A DNA stretch of 64,000 bases from Escherichia coli (lineage in GTDB: Bacteria > Pseudomonadota > Gammaproteobacteria > Enterobacterales > Enterobacteriaceae), in the NCBI RefSeq assembly GCF_003334405.1, contig NZ_QOWM01000008.1; one strand, written 5' to 3'. Position numbers and translations under genes: made by a program. The notes below the pieces were generated by a model, which did not search any database, was not told the DNA's origin, and saw only the letters and a program-made list of their open reading frames with translations. Positions 24,550 through 37,767 of the stretch are shown piece by piece (positions within the stretch are counted from its first letter, which is position 1; every line of letters begins with the position of its first letter).

Positions 24550-25581
24550 TTAGCGACCCTGTTCCGGCGGTGTAATGTTATCCATATACAGCGTCTGGCT
24601 GGGGAAGGCAAAGTCCGCGCCGTGTGACTGTACAATATCGATAATCTTCAAATAAACGTCTTGCTGTGCAGCAAGCCATTCAGCCCATACCGTGGTTTTG
24701 GTAAAGCAATAAACCATAATATTCAATGAAGAGTCAGCAAACTGGTTGAAATAAACCAGTAAGGTTTGTCGCTGGTCGATGGCCGGGTGATTTTTCAGCA
24801 TCTCACGTACAGCTTCGACAATAACGCCCACTTTTGCCGCATCCTCATAACGTAAACCAATGGTCGTGGTAATGCGGCGGTTGGTCATTCGTCCTGGGTT
24901 TTCTACGCTGATCGACGAAAACAGCGAGTTCGGTACGTACAATGGACGATTATCAAAGGTCGTAATTTTGGTAATTCGCCAGCCAATTTCCGCTACTGTA
25001 CCTTCGATATTTCTGTCCGGTGAACGGATCCAGTCGCCAATACTGAAAGGACGGTCGAAATAGAGCATAATCCCGGAAAAGAAGTTACTCAGAATATCTT
25101 TACCGGCCATACCGACAGCCAGACCACCAATACCACCAAAGGTCAGCAAGCCAGAAAGGCTCATGCCGAAATGTTCGCCATAAAGCAGAACAAGCACCAC
25201 AATAATGGTGATTTTGATGATACGCGACATAATCCGCGCACTGGTGATATCGCGACCTTTTTTAATCTGCTGTTTTTCAAACTGATTAATCAGCAGAAAT
25301 AGCTTAATCGTCAGAATAACCGCAATCAGGGACGTACAGATAAAATCGATAACGCCTGGGGTGATAAATTTGAGTTTATAGTTTTCTATAACATAATTAA
25401 TAATGCTACCAACAGCACTGATAATTATGGTGTAGATTAAAAATTGCACCGCATGGAATAAAAATCCTTTTCTTTTACGATTTCCACGGCGAAACCAAAA
25501 GCTCATCAGAATCAATGCTGCGCAGCTACCGAAAATAATGACCAGATTAAGCGCATTATTTGTAAACAGTTCAGCGATCAT
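24550..25581 (-). CDS. ynaI: MscS-family mechanosensitive channel
   Basis: 343-aa ORF with N-terminal transmembrane helices and MscS-like beta domain. Confidence 0.85.
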
Positions 25582-25824
25582 TGTTTTATCAGGCTCCTCC
25601 AGATAATTGTCGTCATGCCGGAAACCCCTGGCGGGGCTATTTTACCGCGACAATTCATTCAGATCATCAATAGTCAGGGAAGGAAGTAGCAACATTAGCT
25701 AACTAATCAATGCGTTGATTGTAAATCCAGCTAAGAGGTGAGGTTTTCAGAGCAGACAACGGTGAAATGTCATGGTATTGTTACGTTTAGGTAACAAGAA
25801 ATTTGTCTGCACAAGGATTACATC

Positions 25825-26082
25825 ATGATTATGGCGAAACTGAAGTCAGCGAAAGGGAAGAAATTTCTCTTTGGTTTGTTGGCGGTTTTCATTATTGCGG
25901 CGTCGGTTGTGACTCGCGCGACCATCGGCGGCGTTATAGAACAGTACAATATTCCGCTGTCTGAGTGGACGACATCAATGTATGTGATTCAGTCATCGAT
26001 GATTTTTGTTTATAGCCTGGTCTTTACTGTGTTGCTGGCAATCCCGTTGGGAATTTATTTCCTTGGCGGCGAAGAGCAGTAA
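25825..26082 (+). CDS. ynaJ: Small inner-membrane protein
   Basis: 85-aa ORF with two hydrophobic helices; follows ynaI directly with no insertion sequence between them. Confidence 0.7.
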   Translation: MIMAKLKSAKGKKFLFGLLAVFIIAASVVTRATIGGVIEQYNIPLSEWTTSMYVIQSSMIFVYSLVFTVLLAIPLGIYFLGGEEQ

Positions 26083-26083
26083 G

Positions 26084-26112
26084 TAAAAAATAGGCCCGAT
26101 AACTCGGGCCTT
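26084..26112. terminator. Intrinsic terminator between ynaJ and uspE
   Basis: Hairpin GGCCCG-ataact-CGGGCC flanked by an A-run on the plus strand (T-run on the minus strand). Confidence 0.55.
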
Positions 26113-26131
26113 GTCAGTTATTGAAGAGTCG

Positions 26132-27082
26132 TTAATCGTCTTCTTCGTCATCCAGTTCAACGGGTGTCTGATACTGGTCAGGTTTAATGACCAGCAGGTC
26201 GCAGCGAAGATGATCAATCACCTGTTCCGCCGTGTTGCCGAGGAATGCTGCTGAAATACCGGTGCGTCCTACCGTGCCCAGAACCACAATCCCCGCCTGT
26301 AAGTGCTCCGCCAAATCAGGAATCACCTCTTCTGGCAGACCTTTTTCTACGTGCGTCATGTTTTCATTAATGCCGAATTTCTGCCGCAGGGCTTTCATTG
26401 CCAGCAAATGTTGCCCACGAATGGCATCGTTATAAACGCTCGGGTCAAATTCCGGCAGTTCAATCGCGATATTAATTGGCGTTACCGGATAAGCGCCAAC
26501 CAGATGAACTTCGGTATGGTTGACTTGTTCTGCCAGTTCGATCGTCTCTTTGACCAGTTTTTCATTGAGCGCATTATGATACGGCTCTTCACTGGCGAGA
26601 TTCACCGCCACCAGCGCCTTGCCTCCTTCCGGCCACGGCTGGTCTTTCACCATCCACACCGGGCTTGGGCATTTGCGTAACAGATGCCAGTCCGTTGGCG
26701 TAAAAATCACCGCTTCCAGACGGTCATGTTGGTGCGCCATTTTTAGCACCAAATCGTGTCCGCCGCTGATCACTTCCTGAATGATGGCTTCGAAAGGACG
26801 GTTATGCCAGACCACTTTAATTTCAATGGGAACGCCAGCATTGAGATAATATTTTGCCTGCTCGTGGATCCAGGCTGTACGCTGGCTGATGACGCCCTGA
26901 CGCATAGCGGTACGTTCGTCCGGGGAGAGCAGGGTGGTCATTTCGTATGAGAAGTCATAGATCGGCAAAAAGGCTTTAATTTTGCCACCAATCCGTTGAT
27001 GTAAATAAACAGCTCGCCGCAATGCTGGTTGGTCGTCCTGGTTAGGATCGATAACAACGAGCATGTTCTGATACATAGCCAT
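26132..27082 (-). CDS. uspE: Tandem-domain universal stress protein E
   Basis: ORF 26132-27109; start placed at [12 protein letters not shown]. Confidence 0.85.
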   Translation of the reverse strand: MAMYQNMLVVIDPNQDDQPALRRAVYLHQRIGGKIKAFLPIYDFSYEMTTLLSPDERTAMRQGVISQRTAWIHEQAKYYLNAGVPIEIKVVWHNRPFEAIIQEVISGGHDLVLKMAHQHDRLEAVIFTPTDWHLLRKCPSPVWMVKDQPWPEGGKALVAVNLASEEPYHNALNEKLVKETIELAEQVNHTEVHLVGAYPVTPINIAIELPEFDPSVYNDAIRGQHLLAMKALRQKFGINENMTHVEKGLPEEVIPDLAEHLQAGIVVLGTVGRTGISAAFLGNTAEQVIDHLRCDLLVIKPDQYQTPVELDDEEDD

Positions 27083-27233
27083 ACAGGGTCTCCTTACAAC
27101 AACTGTCAACGCAGTTTGTAATTAAAAGATTAACCCATATCTGGTGAATGAAACAGTGATGAACCTTCTGCCAGATCAATAAATCAGAAAAATTTAATGA
27201 TATGACAGAAGGATAGTGAGTTATGCGGAAAAA

Positions 27234-27986
27234 TCAGGCAACGTTACGCGTATGACCAGCAAGCTGGGCCAGCGCATCGTTATTTTCGATGGTGATGTAT
27301 TTACCTTTGACTGCCAGCATGCCGCTTTTCTGGAAGCGACCCAGCAGACGGCTGATGGTTTCTACCGTCAGGCCCAGATAGTTACCGATATCGCCACGAG
27401 TCATCGTCAGGCGGAATTCACGAGGGGAGAAGCCGCGTTGGGCAAAACGACGGGACAGGTTGTAGATGAATGCAGCCAGACGTTCCTCGGCATTTTTCTT
27501 CGACAACAGCAGGATCATGTCCTGATCGCCTTTGATTTCACCGCTCATCAGACGCATCATCTGCTGACGCAGATTCGGCATTTTACCGGACAAATCGTCC
27601 AGCGTTTCGAACGGGATTTCACATACCATCGAGGTTTCCAGCGCCTGCGCGAAGCTCGGGTGATGGCCGCTGCCGATGGCGTCAAATCCCACCAGGTCGC
27701 CTGCTAAATGGAAACCAGTGATTTGCTCGTCGCCTTGCTCAGTGATGGTATAACTTTTAATCGTACCGGAGCGGATGGCATAAAGCGATTTAAGTTCATC
27801 ACCAGCCTTAAACAGCGTCTGGCCTTTCTGAATAGGCTTCTTCCGCTCAATGATATTATCAAGCTGATCAAGCTCATGTTCGTTGAGTGTGAACGGGATG
27901 CAAAGCTGGCTGATGCTGCAATCCTGGCAATGGATAGCACAACCGCCAGACTGAATGCGCCGTATAATTCGCTTTTCCGGGATCAT
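27234..27986 (-). CDS. fnr: Anaerobic global regulator FNR (CRP family, Fe-S cluster)
   Basis: ORF 27234-28043; start placed at [23 protein letters not shown] with the N-terminal Cys cluster. Confidence 0.9.
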
Positions 27987-28180
27987 AGGTCTGCTCAAGC
28001 CGTAATTGATATTTGTCAATTTTAACATCTTTTTAGGGAGCAAGTAAGTCTAAGCAAACCTTAACAGCAGAGAATTCCGATATTAGATGTAAATATATGT
28101 CTATCTATTTGAAAACCCTTAAGTTGTTAAGGGTAACTTTACATAAAAGTGTGAACAAGCTGGCACAAATTGTTTAATGT

Positions 28181-28696
28181 TTACAGCAAAAGATAACCTT
28201 CATGGCGCAATAACCACTCTTTTCGCTGAACTCCGCCTGCATATCCGGTCATGGTGCCGTTTCGGCCAATAACCCGATGGCAAGGTACGACGATGCTGAT
28301 GGGATTCGATCCGTTTGCCGCACCAACGGCACGCGCCGCGCCAGGACGGCCCAATTGCTCAGCCAGTTGGCCGTAATGCATTACCTGCCCGCAGGGGATA
28401 GTGCGTAGTGTTTTCCAGACTTCGCGCTGAAATGGCGTCCCCCCCGTAGCAGTGGGAAGCGTATCAATAATGCTAAGATTACCGGCAAAATATTCACGAA
28501 GCTTGTCGCTTAAACCGCCTGGATTGGTGGCAGAAATGCGCTCATAGCCTTCTTTGCGATAATGGATGTCCAGCAGCTGCACCATGCGTTCGCTGTACTC
28601 TTCCCATTCAACCGCCCGCAGGCGAAATTGCTCATCGCAAATCACCCACAGTGGACCCAGTGGCGTGGCAATTTTTTCTTCAAGTAATCTCAGCAT
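28181..28696 (-). CDS. ogt: O6-alkylguanine-DNA alkyltransferase
   Basis: 171-aa ORF with active-site PCHRV motif. Confidence 0.9.
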
Positions 28697-28706
28697 CCGT
28701 TCTCTC

Positions 28707-30233
28707 TTAAGACAAACGTGGGTAAATACCCGGACCTATCGGCAGACCGACAAGATACCACGCCAGCAACATCAGCAGCCATACCACCAAAAAGATAAGT
28801 GGATAGGGCAAGACTAACGAATAGTAAGTACCCAGTTTCGCGTCTGGTTTGTAGCGTTGCAGGAATCCAAGAAACAGTGGAACAAAAGGAGATACCGGCG
28901 CTAAAGGCAATACGGATGAGTCGGCAATACGAAAGAGGATTTGCGCAAATGCCGGGTGAAAGCCAAGTAGCATAAACATTGGTACGAAAATGGGGGCAAG
29001 AATCGACCAGATTGCGGAACCGCTGGCAATAAACATGCATAAGAAAGAGGAAAGCAACGCCAGACCGACAAACGCCGGGATGCCGCTAAGCCCTGAACTT
29101 TCCAGTATATCGGTCAGCCCCACGGCGATGAATTTCCCCATGTTGCTCCAGTTAAACATGGCGACAAATTGGGCGAGGGGAAAAACCATCACGATAAATC
29201 CCGCCATCTCTTTCATCGGTTCAATCATTAAATGCGGTAAATCCGCCTGACGTCGAATTGTGCGGGTAGCGATGCCATAAGCCAGCGAGACAACAAAGAA
29301 AAAAAGAATGATCAGTGGCACGATACCTTTAATAAAGGGTGATGGCATCACGGTGTGATTAATCGGATCGCGCAATATCCCGTTTTGCGGGATCACCATC
29401 AGCGCAATCGCAGCAATAAAAAGTAGCGATACGACACCTGCTATGCGTAAACCAAAACGCTGACTTTCGGTCAATGTCTGCAGTTTCTCATCGCTGTTTC
29501 CCTGCCATTGACCTAACCGTGGCTCGATGATTTTGTCGGTTATCAGGCCGCCAACAATCGTCAGTACGACTACGGAGCTGGCCATAAAATACCAGTTATC
29601 AATTACACTGACGTGCATTTGCGGATTGAACGCAGCTGCCGCTTCCGTGCTGATCCCCGACAGCAACACGTCGGTTGTGACAATCAGTAAATTAGCCGTA
29701 AAGCCGCAACCTACGCCTGCAATGGCAGCCAGTAAACCTGCAACTGGATGCCTGCCCACCGCCAGAAAAATCAGCGCACCCATCGGTGGCATGATCACTA
29801 ACGCCGCATCGGAAGAAATGTGGCTGAAAAAAGCAATAAACAGCACCATATAACTTGCGTAGCGGGCATTAACATGCGATGCCATTTTAACCATTAGTGC
29901 TGGCAGTAAGCCGACGCGCTCCGCCAGACCGGCACCTAAAACCAGCGCCAGGATCGCACCAAGTGGAGCAAAACCGCTAAAGTTTTTAATAACATTGGGT
30001 AAAAACCAGTGTAATCCTTCCACACTGAGCAGGTTTTTCACCACGACCGGCGTACCATCGGTCGGGTTTTTCGCACTGACGCCAAAGGCCGACAAAATTG
30101 CCGTCGTCACCATGAGTACGATAATCAAATAGATAAAGAGCAGAAAAGGATGGGGAACCTTGTTACCAATTCTTTCGACCCAGCCATAGAGCTTCCCGGA
30201 TTGGGAGGACGACGGTATGGATGACATACTCAT
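28707..30233 (-). CDS. abgT: p-Aminobenzoyl-glutamate transporter
   Basis: ORF 28707-30239; polytopic membrane protein; start placed at MSMSSIPS. Confidence 0.85.
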
Positions 30234-30269
30234 GGGCATTCCTCGGTTGTTGTGTTTGCGTTGTTGTTG

Positions 30270-31715
30270 TTATTTTAAAGGTGACGGTGTCACGTTTTTC
30301 GGGATAGGGCAGTGATACGGTTGCGTGTCCGTTACTTGCTGATGCTCTTGTTGGCATTCTTGCAATAGCCCTGAATCAAGGAAGAGATTGACTGTGGTTG
30401 CTGCCATAGTTTTCGCCGCCAGCAGCATTCCTTTATGAGCAATAGATGTTCGCCCCTGGCTAACCAGTTGCCACGTATGTAGCGGTGTACCGACGGCAAA
30501 ACAGGGGCTGAAACACTGGGCAACAGGCAGTTTCCAACTGACGTCGCCGACATCAGTCGATGCCGCAAGCACGTTATCGGTGGCGGCATATGGAGCGACT
30601 TCATTCGCCAGTACCGTTTCACGATGACGTAGTGCAAAAACCTTGCCGTTTTCGCCACCGGTTGCGGCGATATTATTCAGACTGTTTTGCCGATCGTTGG
30701 AGGTGAGCGTAGCCTGAATTTGTTTCGCAAAAGCCAGTTCTTCGGAGTTCCATTCCGGGGTACCAAAATGGGATAGGGCCTGGTACATGGCATTTTCTAA
30801 GGTGCGATTCGGGAGATAACTGGAACAGGCTTTGTCGAAGCGGCATTCAACCGTGGTTTCGGTCATCAATGCCGCACCTTCGGCGATTTTGGCGACCCGA
30901 TCATAAATATGCTGCACGTCGGTCATTTCGGGGGCGCGGATAAGATAAAGCACTTCTGCCTGCGCCTGGACCACGTTGGGCGAGATCCCGCCGCTATTTG
31001 TGATGGCATAGTGTACGCGCGCTTTTTCAATAATATGTTCGTTGAGGAAGTTGGTGCCAGTGGTCATCAACGTTACGGCATCAAGGGCGCTGCGTCCCAA
31101 ATGAGGGGAATTCGCGGCATGTGCTGCGATCCCTTTAAAGCGCCATGATGCCTGAATGTTTGCCAGCGTGCGGGTATTGAACATACCGGCAAAGGCTTCC
31201 GGGTGCCAGGTGAGTGCCGCATCCACATCATCAAATACCCCCTCGCGAACCATGAACGTTTTACCCGAGCCGCCTTCTTCGCCAGGACAACCATAAAAGC
31301 GCACCGTGCCGCCTTGCCCATATTGTTCCAGCCATTTCTTGACGGCTATTGCAGCGGCAAAGGCGGCGGTTCCCAGCAAATTGTGTCCGCAACCGTGACC
31401 ATTTTCACCGGGCGTCACGGATGTAGGTTGCGCGCAACCTGCTTGCTGACTTAAACCTGCCAGGGCGTCATATTCTCCCAGCAGGGCGATAACCGGTTTG
31501 CCTTGACCAAACGAAGCAATAAAGGCATTTGGGATATTGCCTACGTTGCGGGTAACGGTGAAGCCTGCAGATTCCAGCGCCGAAGCCAGATGCTCCGCTG
31601 ACCAGAACTCTTCAAAACGTGTTTCTGGATGATCCCAGATTTGATCGGCAATATCGGTATAACGTTGGCGATCGGCTTCAATCGCATCGTCGATAAAACG
31701 ATAGATTTCCTGCAT
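30270..31715 (-). CDS. abgB: p-Aminobenzoyl-glutamate hydrolase subunit B (M20 peptidase)
   Basis: 481-aa ORF. Confidence 0.85.
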   Translation of the reverse strand: MQEIYRFIDDAIEADRQRYTDIADQIWDHPETRFEEFWSAEHLASALESAGFTVTRNVGNIPNAFIASFGQGKPVIALLGEYDALAGLSQQAGCAQPTSVTPGENGHGCGHNLLGTAAFAAAIAVKKWLEQYGQGGTVRFYGCPGEEGGSGKTFMVREGVFDDVDAALTWHPEAFAGMFNTRTLANIQASWRFKGIAAHAANSPHLGRSALDAVTLMTTGTNFLNEHIIEKARVHYAITNSGGISPNVVQAQAEVLYLIRAPEMTDVQHIYDRVAKIAEGAALMTETTVECRFDKACSSYLPNRTLENAMYQALSHFGTPEWNSEELAFAKQIQATLTSNDRQNSLNNIAATGGENGKVFALRHRETVLANEVAPYAATDNVLAASTDVGDVSWKLPVAQCFSPCFAVGTPLHTWQLVSQGRTSIAHKGMLLAAKTMAATTVNLFLDSGLLQECQQEHQQVTDTQPYHCPIPKNVTPSPLK

Positions 31716-33025
31716 CAGATACCTCGCGTCCAGGGAAAATTGAGCGCGGTGCGCGCCAGCGTTTCGACGGCAATAGCGAGAACCTGCTCGTCAAAATCGA
31801 ATTTTTCGTTGTGATGACCTGCCGCCAGCTGTGTGCCAAACACCACGTAGGAGGCTTGCCCTTGATGTTGCTGCACGCGGGCCATCATTAATGTGGCATC
31901 TTCGGAACCCGCAGGCGCTTCAACACGTTCAATGGCCTGATTGACCCCCGCGACCTGAGCCGCCTGACTTTGCAACCATGCGACCCATTGCGGCGAAGGA
32001 GAACTGGCGGTAGCTGCACCCATCAGACGAGTTTCAACGCCGACACCATACATGGTTGCTGCGCCCTGAATCGCTTGTTGTGCACGGTCAAAAACATATT
32101 GATTAATGACGTCGCTGGCCCCGCGTGTTTCCACTTTCAGCAACGCCGAGGCAGGAACAACGTTACGACCGCTTCCTGCCTGCATAACGCCCACGTTTAC
32201 TCTGGAAGCTCCTTCGCTGTGCGGGGCGATTGCATGCAGTGCAAGAGTGGCTTGTGCTGCCGCCAACAAGGCATTGTGACCGTCTTCTGGTTTTGCGCCT
32301 GCGTGAGCGGCGGTACCGGTGAAGTGCGCGTCAAATTTGGTGGTTGCCATAAAATTATCACTGCCGCACACCACGGTGCCCGCAGGTACGCCAGTGCCAA
32401 TGTGCACGGCAGTAAAATAATCAACATCATCTACGACACCTGCATCGACCATCGCCCGCGCGCCACGCGTACCTTCCTCTGCAGGCTGAAAAATCAGTTT
32501 GATGACGCCATGTAGTCCGGACTCGAACTGTTTAAGGGTATGCGCCAGCCCAAGCCCAATGGCGGTATGTCCATCATGACCACAGGCATGCATCATTCCG
32601 GCGTTACATGACGCAAAACCGTCGCGGTAGGGGCGATGGCTGACATCCTGCTCTTCACTGAGATCCAGCGCGTCCGTATCGACACGGAAAGCCATCACCG
32701 GACCGGGGCGACCGGTATCCAGGGTGGCGACGATACCAGTGAAACCACCTTCAAAAGCCGCAATCCATTGTGCTAGCGCACCCTGTTGACGAGCGCGCTC
32801 GAATTCGCGTTGTAGAGTGAATTCATCAGGTAATCCCATCCGGCTACTTTCATTAACTACTTCGCGACCCAGCGCCAGTGAATAGCCGAGCTGGTGCAAT
32901 TCTTCCGCAACAAGGGTGGCAGTGCGGAATTCCACCCAGCCAGACTCTGCATAGTGATGAAAATCACGTCGCCAGTGCGATAATTTTGGGGCAAGCGAAT
33001 TAACAAATTGATTCAAAGACTCCAT
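31715..33025 (-). CDS. abgA: p-Aminobenzoyl-glutamate hydrolase subunit A (M20 peptidase)
   Basis: ORF 31715-33040; start placed at MESLNQFVNS. Confidence 0.85.
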   Translation of the reverse strand: MESLNQFVNSLAPKLSHWRRDFHHYAESGWVEFRTATLVAEELHQLGYSLALGREVVNESSRMGLPDEFTLQREFERARQQGALAQWIAAFEGGFTGIVATLDTGRPGPVMAFRVDTDALDLSEEQDVSHRPYRDGFASCNAGMMHACGHDGHTAIGLGLAHTLKQFESGLHGVIKLIFQPAEEGTRGARAMVDAGVVDDVDYFTAVHIGTGVPAGTVVCGSDNFMATTKFDAHFTGTAAHAGAKPEDGHNALLAAAQATLALHAIAPHSEGASRVNVGVMQAGSGRNVVPASALLKVETRGASDVINQYVFDRAQQAIQGAATMYGVGVETRLMGAATASSPSPQWVAWLQSQAAQVAGVNQAIERVEAPAGSEDATLMMARVQQHQGQASYVVFGTQLAAGHHNEKFDFDEQVLAIAVETLARTALNFPWTRGI

Positions 33026-33200
33026 AACCTTTCCCGTCATCAGTAAAAAGTGTGACCCGGTTCACGTAGCGATAGTTTTTACTTATCACTAACTGATTTT
33101 TCACAGTTTTAACCGTTCATAAATTACCCTGACACAATCATCTGCATTAAAGTAGATGCCAGTTTCTTTGGTCTGATAAATAACGGTTATCGGTGGCGTC

Positions 33201-34109
33201 ATGGCTTTTCAGGTAAAAATTCATCAAATTCGGGCTTTTGTTGAAGTGGCTCGTCAGGGCAGCATTCGCGGAGCGAGCCGAATGTTGAATATGTCGCAAC
33301 CGGCACTGAGTAAATCTATTCAGGAGCTAGAAGAAGGGTTAGCGGCGCAACTCTTTTTTCGCCGTAGTAAAGGCGTGACGTTAACTGATGCCGGTGAAAG
33401 TTTTTATCAGCACGCCAGTCTAATTCTTGAAGAGCTGCGCGCAGCCCAAGAGGATATTCGCCAACGACAAGGGCAACTGGCAGGGCAGATTAATATCGGC
33501 ATGGGGGCCAGTATTTCCCGCAGTCTGATGCCAGCTGTCATATCTCGTTTTCATCAGCAGCATCCGCAGGTAAAAGTACGCATTATGGAAGGGCAACTGG
33601 TGTCGATGATTAATGAATTGCGTCAGGGAGAATTGGATTTCACCATCAATACCTATTATCAGGGACCGTACGACCACGAATTTACTTTTGAGAAATTACT
33701 GGAAAAGCAATTCGCGATCTTTTGCCGCCCGGGACACCCCGCCATTGGTGCCCGTTCGATCAAACAGTTACTGGATTACAGCTGGACAATGCCGACGCCA
33801 CACGGCAGCTACTACAAACAGTTGAGTGAATTGCTTGACGATCAGGCGCAAACGCCACAGGTCGGTGTAGTCTGCGAGACGTTCTCAGCCTGTATCAGTC
33901 TGGTGGCAAAAAGCGATTTTCTCAGCATACTGCCTGAAGAAATGGGCTGCGATCCCTTGCACGGACAGGGGCTGGTGATGTTGCCGGTTAGCGAAATTTT
34001 ACCGAAAGCGGCCTATTATTTGATTCAGCGGCGTGATAGTCGCCAGACACCACTGACCGCGTCATTAATCACGCAATTCCGGCGAGAATGCGGCTATCTG
34101 CAAAGTTAA
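33201..34109 (+). CDS. abgR: LysR-family regulator of the abg operon
   Basis: 302-aa ORF with LysR HTH, divergent from abgA. Confidence 0.85.
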   Translation: MAFQVKIHQIRAFVEVARQGSIRGASRMLNMSQPALSKSIQELEEGLAAQLFFRRSKGVTLTDAGESFYQHASLILEELRAAQEDIRQRQGQLAGQINIGMGASISRSLMPAVISRFHQQHPQVKVRIMEGQLVSMINELRQGELDFTINTYYQGPYDHEFTFEKLLEKQFAIFCRPGHPAIGARSIKQLLDYSWTMPTPHGSYYKQLSELLDDQAQTPQVGVVCETFSACISLVAKSDFLSILPEEMGCDPLHGQGLVMLPVSEILPKAAYYLIQRRDSRQTPLTASLITQFRRECGYLQS

Positions 34110-34111
34110 AA

Positions 34112-34211
34112 CTGCATAAAAAAATAGAGTCTGTCGACATCCGCCAGACTCTACAGTACACACAGCAGTGCATCCGCGTCTTAAATCCGGCATTGTCTCC
34201 TCTGCGCCGGT
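34112..34211 (-). ncRNA. mcaS: McaS (IsrA) small regulatory RNA
   Basis: Minus strand reads ACCGGCGCAGAGGAGACAAUGCCGGAUUUAAGACGCGGAUGCACUGCUGUGUGUACUGUAGAGUCUGGCGGAUGUCGACAGACUCUAUUUUUUUAUGCAG, matching my recollection of McaS, with a terminal hairpin and U-run. Confidence 0.7.
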
Positions 34212-34438
34212 GACTGTGTTATAACGGTTTTAACCTTTAGTTGCCAATTTTCTTCAGTGACAGATTTCACGAAAATATAAGTTACATTATTAATATCGTG
34301 AATGAATAATCATGCATAAGTATTTTGCTTAAAATATCGGCAATATTTGGAACTTATTACTGGAAATTTGGGTAATACGTTGTTGGACCGACCCGGTCTG
34401 GTTATCATATCGCGCTCTTAATTGCGGGAGGATGTAAC

Positions 34439-35002
34439 ATGAACCTTGACGACAAATCGCTGTTTCTTGACGCCATGGAAGATGTCCAGCCGCTGAAACG
34501 TGCTACCGATGTCCACTGGCATCCAACGCGTAACCAACGTGCGCCGCAGCGTATCGACACGCTGCAGCTTGATAATTTCCTCACCACCGGATTTCTCGAC
34601 ATCATCCCACTAAGTCAGCCGCTGGAGTTTCGGCGGGAAGGGTTGCAACATGGGGTGCTGGATAAGCTGCGCAGTGGTAAATATCCGCAACAGGCGAGCC
34701 TGAATCTTTTGCGCCAGCCGGTGGAAGAGTGCCGCAAAATGGTGTTCAGTTTTATTCAACAAGCCCTGGCGGATGGTTTGCGTAACGTGCTGATTATTCA
34801 TGGTAAAGGGCGGGATGATAAATCGCATGCCAATATTGTCCGCAGCTATGTGGCGCGCTGGCTGACCGAATTTGATGATGTTCAGGCATATTGCACCGCG
34901 CTACCGCATCATGGCGGCAGCGGGGCGTGTTACGTCGCACTACGTAAAACGGCGCAGGCGAAGCAAGAAAACTGGGAGCGCCACGCTAAGCGCAGTCGTT
35001 GA
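34439..35002 (+). CDS. smrA: Smr-domain DNA endonuclease
   Basis: 187-aa ORF with C-terminal Smr-like region (LIIHGKG). Confidence 0.8.
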   Translation: MNLDDKSLFLDAMEDVQPLKRATDVHWHPTRNQRAPQRIDTLQLDNFLTTGFLDIIPLSQPLEFRREGLQHGVLDKLRSGKYPQQASLNLLRQPVEECRKMVFSFIQQALADGLRNVLIIHGKGRDDKSHANIVRSYVARWLTEFDDVQAYCTALPHHGGSGACYVALRKTAQAKQENWERHAKRSR

Positions 35003-35022
35003 TCTCGAGACGCATCCGCGGC

Positions 35023-36255
35023 TTATGCCGCCAGCACGCGGTTGCGTCCATCATTTTTCGCCCGATACAAAGCATCATCAACGCGTTTAAACAGTTCATC
35101 GATGCTTTCATTTCCTTCGTGATGCGCCACACCAATGCTGACGGTAAAGCGTGGTAAGCCCGAAATACTCACTTTTGCCACGCTTACGCGGATAGTTTCA
35201 GCCAGCGAAAGCGCGGTATCCAGTGGGGTTCTTGGTAGCAATAAGACAAACTCTTCGCCTCCCCAACGAAACACCAAATCGCCTTTGCGAGCGCAACTTT
35301 CGAGGGTGCGGGCGAGGGCGCATAACACCTCATCACCTTTAGAATGCCCATAGAGATCGTTAATGTGTTTAAAACGATCGGTGTCGATGAGCAACAAGCT
35401 GTAATCCTGAGCGATGGCGAGATGCTGCATTTGGCCTGGTTCCGTAATGTGATAAAACTGTCGCCGATTCAGTAATCCGGTCATCGCGTCATGGTGAGCA
35501 GCATGTTCCAGCTGCTCCTCCAGCCGTTTTTGCTCAGTAATATCATGCACAATACATAACATGAGCTTGTCGCCATAAATTTCAATCGGTCCGGCATAGG
35601 TCTGCACATGACGAGTCGAACCATCCGCCAGTTTATGAACAAAATTCAAAGGTTTATGACCACCGGGTAAATGCGAGATTTCATGCATGATAGGCATGAC
35701 GCGACGCCCGAGCATATTTATTTCCCAGGTATGTTTCTGGCACATCGTTTCATGGTTATAACCATAGAAATTGAGCGCGGCGAGGTTAGCATCGACGATT
35801 TGTCCATCTCGTGACGGGTCAATCAACAACATTGGTGCAGAGTTAGTCAGAAAAAAGCGCGCATAAAAACCTTGTTTTTTGCGCTGATAATTTGCCGAGC
35901 GACTGGCTTTTAAACCCAGCGTTGCCGGCGCTTCGATACCTTCGAAAATAATCACCGGTTCTGTTTCTGTCAGCTTTCGCAAAACAAGCCGACAGCTCAA
36001 TGCTGTTTCCTCTTCTTTACGCTGAACAGTGAGGATTTCGATAATATCGTGTTGGTTTTGCAGATCGGAGAGGTATTTCGGCAGTTCTTTTTGTGAGGAG
36101 ACGGAATAGGGTCCGGTTCGTAGCTGACTAAACGTGAGGTCTTGCATCAACAGTTTCGCCGCGCTATTGGCATAAATTAACTGTTCCTCAAAGGGCGAAA
36201 CGATCCAGACAGGACTGGTGAGTAAGTCCAGGGTATTGAAGTTGTGCGTAATCAT
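35023..36255 (-). CDS. dgcM: PAS-PAS-GGDEF diguanylate cyclase
   Basis: ORF 35023-36315; GGEEF motif present; start placed at MITHNFNTLDLL. Confidence 0.85.
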   Translation of the reverse strand: MITHNFNTLDLLTSPVWIVSPFEEQLIYANSAAKLLMQDLTFSQLRTGPYSVSSQKELPKYLSDLQNQHDIIEILTVQRKEEETALSCRLVLRKLTETEPVIIFEGIEAPATLGLKASRSANYQRKKQGFYARFFLTNSAPMLLIDPSRDGQIVDANLAALNFYGYNHETMCQKHTWEINMLGRRVMPIMHEISHLPGGHKPLNFVHKLADGSTRHVQTYAGPIEIYGDKLMLCIVHDITEQKRLEEQLEHAAHHDAMTGLLNRRQFYHITEPGQMQHLAIAQDYSLLLIDTDRFKHINDLYGHSKGDEVLCALARTLESCARKGDLVFRWGGEEFVLLLPRTPLDTALSLAETIRVSVAKVSISGLPRFTVSIGVAHHEGNESIDELFKRVDDALYRAKNDGRNRVLAA

Positions 36256-36488
36256 TGAGATCCCGTTATTTTTATCAATTTTTGTTGCTATCCGATCGCA
36301 AAAAAGCCACGTCATATGATCAGATAATTCTGATAATGATAGACGCTATTTAACACTTCACACGGTTTGTATACGGAAAAGCATTTTGCTTTTTGTATTC
36401 AATTTAGACAGAATTTTATTAATCATTTCAGGGTAATGGGGTGATGAGATGTTGCGTAACAGGGCCAGAAGGCTAGACTACAAAATAA

Positions 36489-37493
<1,005 letters not shown>

Positions 37494-37538
37494 CAAAAGC
37501 AATTTTTCCGGCTGTCTGTATACAAAAACGCCGCAAAG

Positions 37539-37552
37539 TTTGAGCGAAGTCA
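37539..37552 (+). promoter_or_regulatory. FNR box upstream of fnrS
   Basis: TTGAGcgaaGTCAA, close to the TTGAT-N4-ATCAA consensus, about 40 nt upstream of the proposed FnrS 5' end. Confidence 0.5.
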
Positions 37553-37588
37553 ATAAACTCTCTACCCATTCAGGGCAATATCTCTCTT

Positions 37589-37710
37589 GCAGGTGAATGC
37601 AACGTCAAGCGATGGGCGTTGCGCTCCATATTGTCTTACTTCCTTTTTTGAATTACTGCATAGCACAATTGATTCGTACGACGCCGACTTTGATGAGTCG
37701 GCTTTTTTTT
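37589..37710 (+). ncRNA. fnrS: FnrS small RNA
   Basis: Sequence from GCAGGUGAAUGCAACGUCAAGCGAUGGGCG to the terminator hairpin GCCGACUUUGAUGAGUCGGC plus U8, matching recalled FnrS. Confidence 0.75.
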
Positions 37711-37767
37711 GCCTGTTATTTATCAGCGTCTACCCTTTAAGAGTCCACCCAATGACCAGAGGGAAAT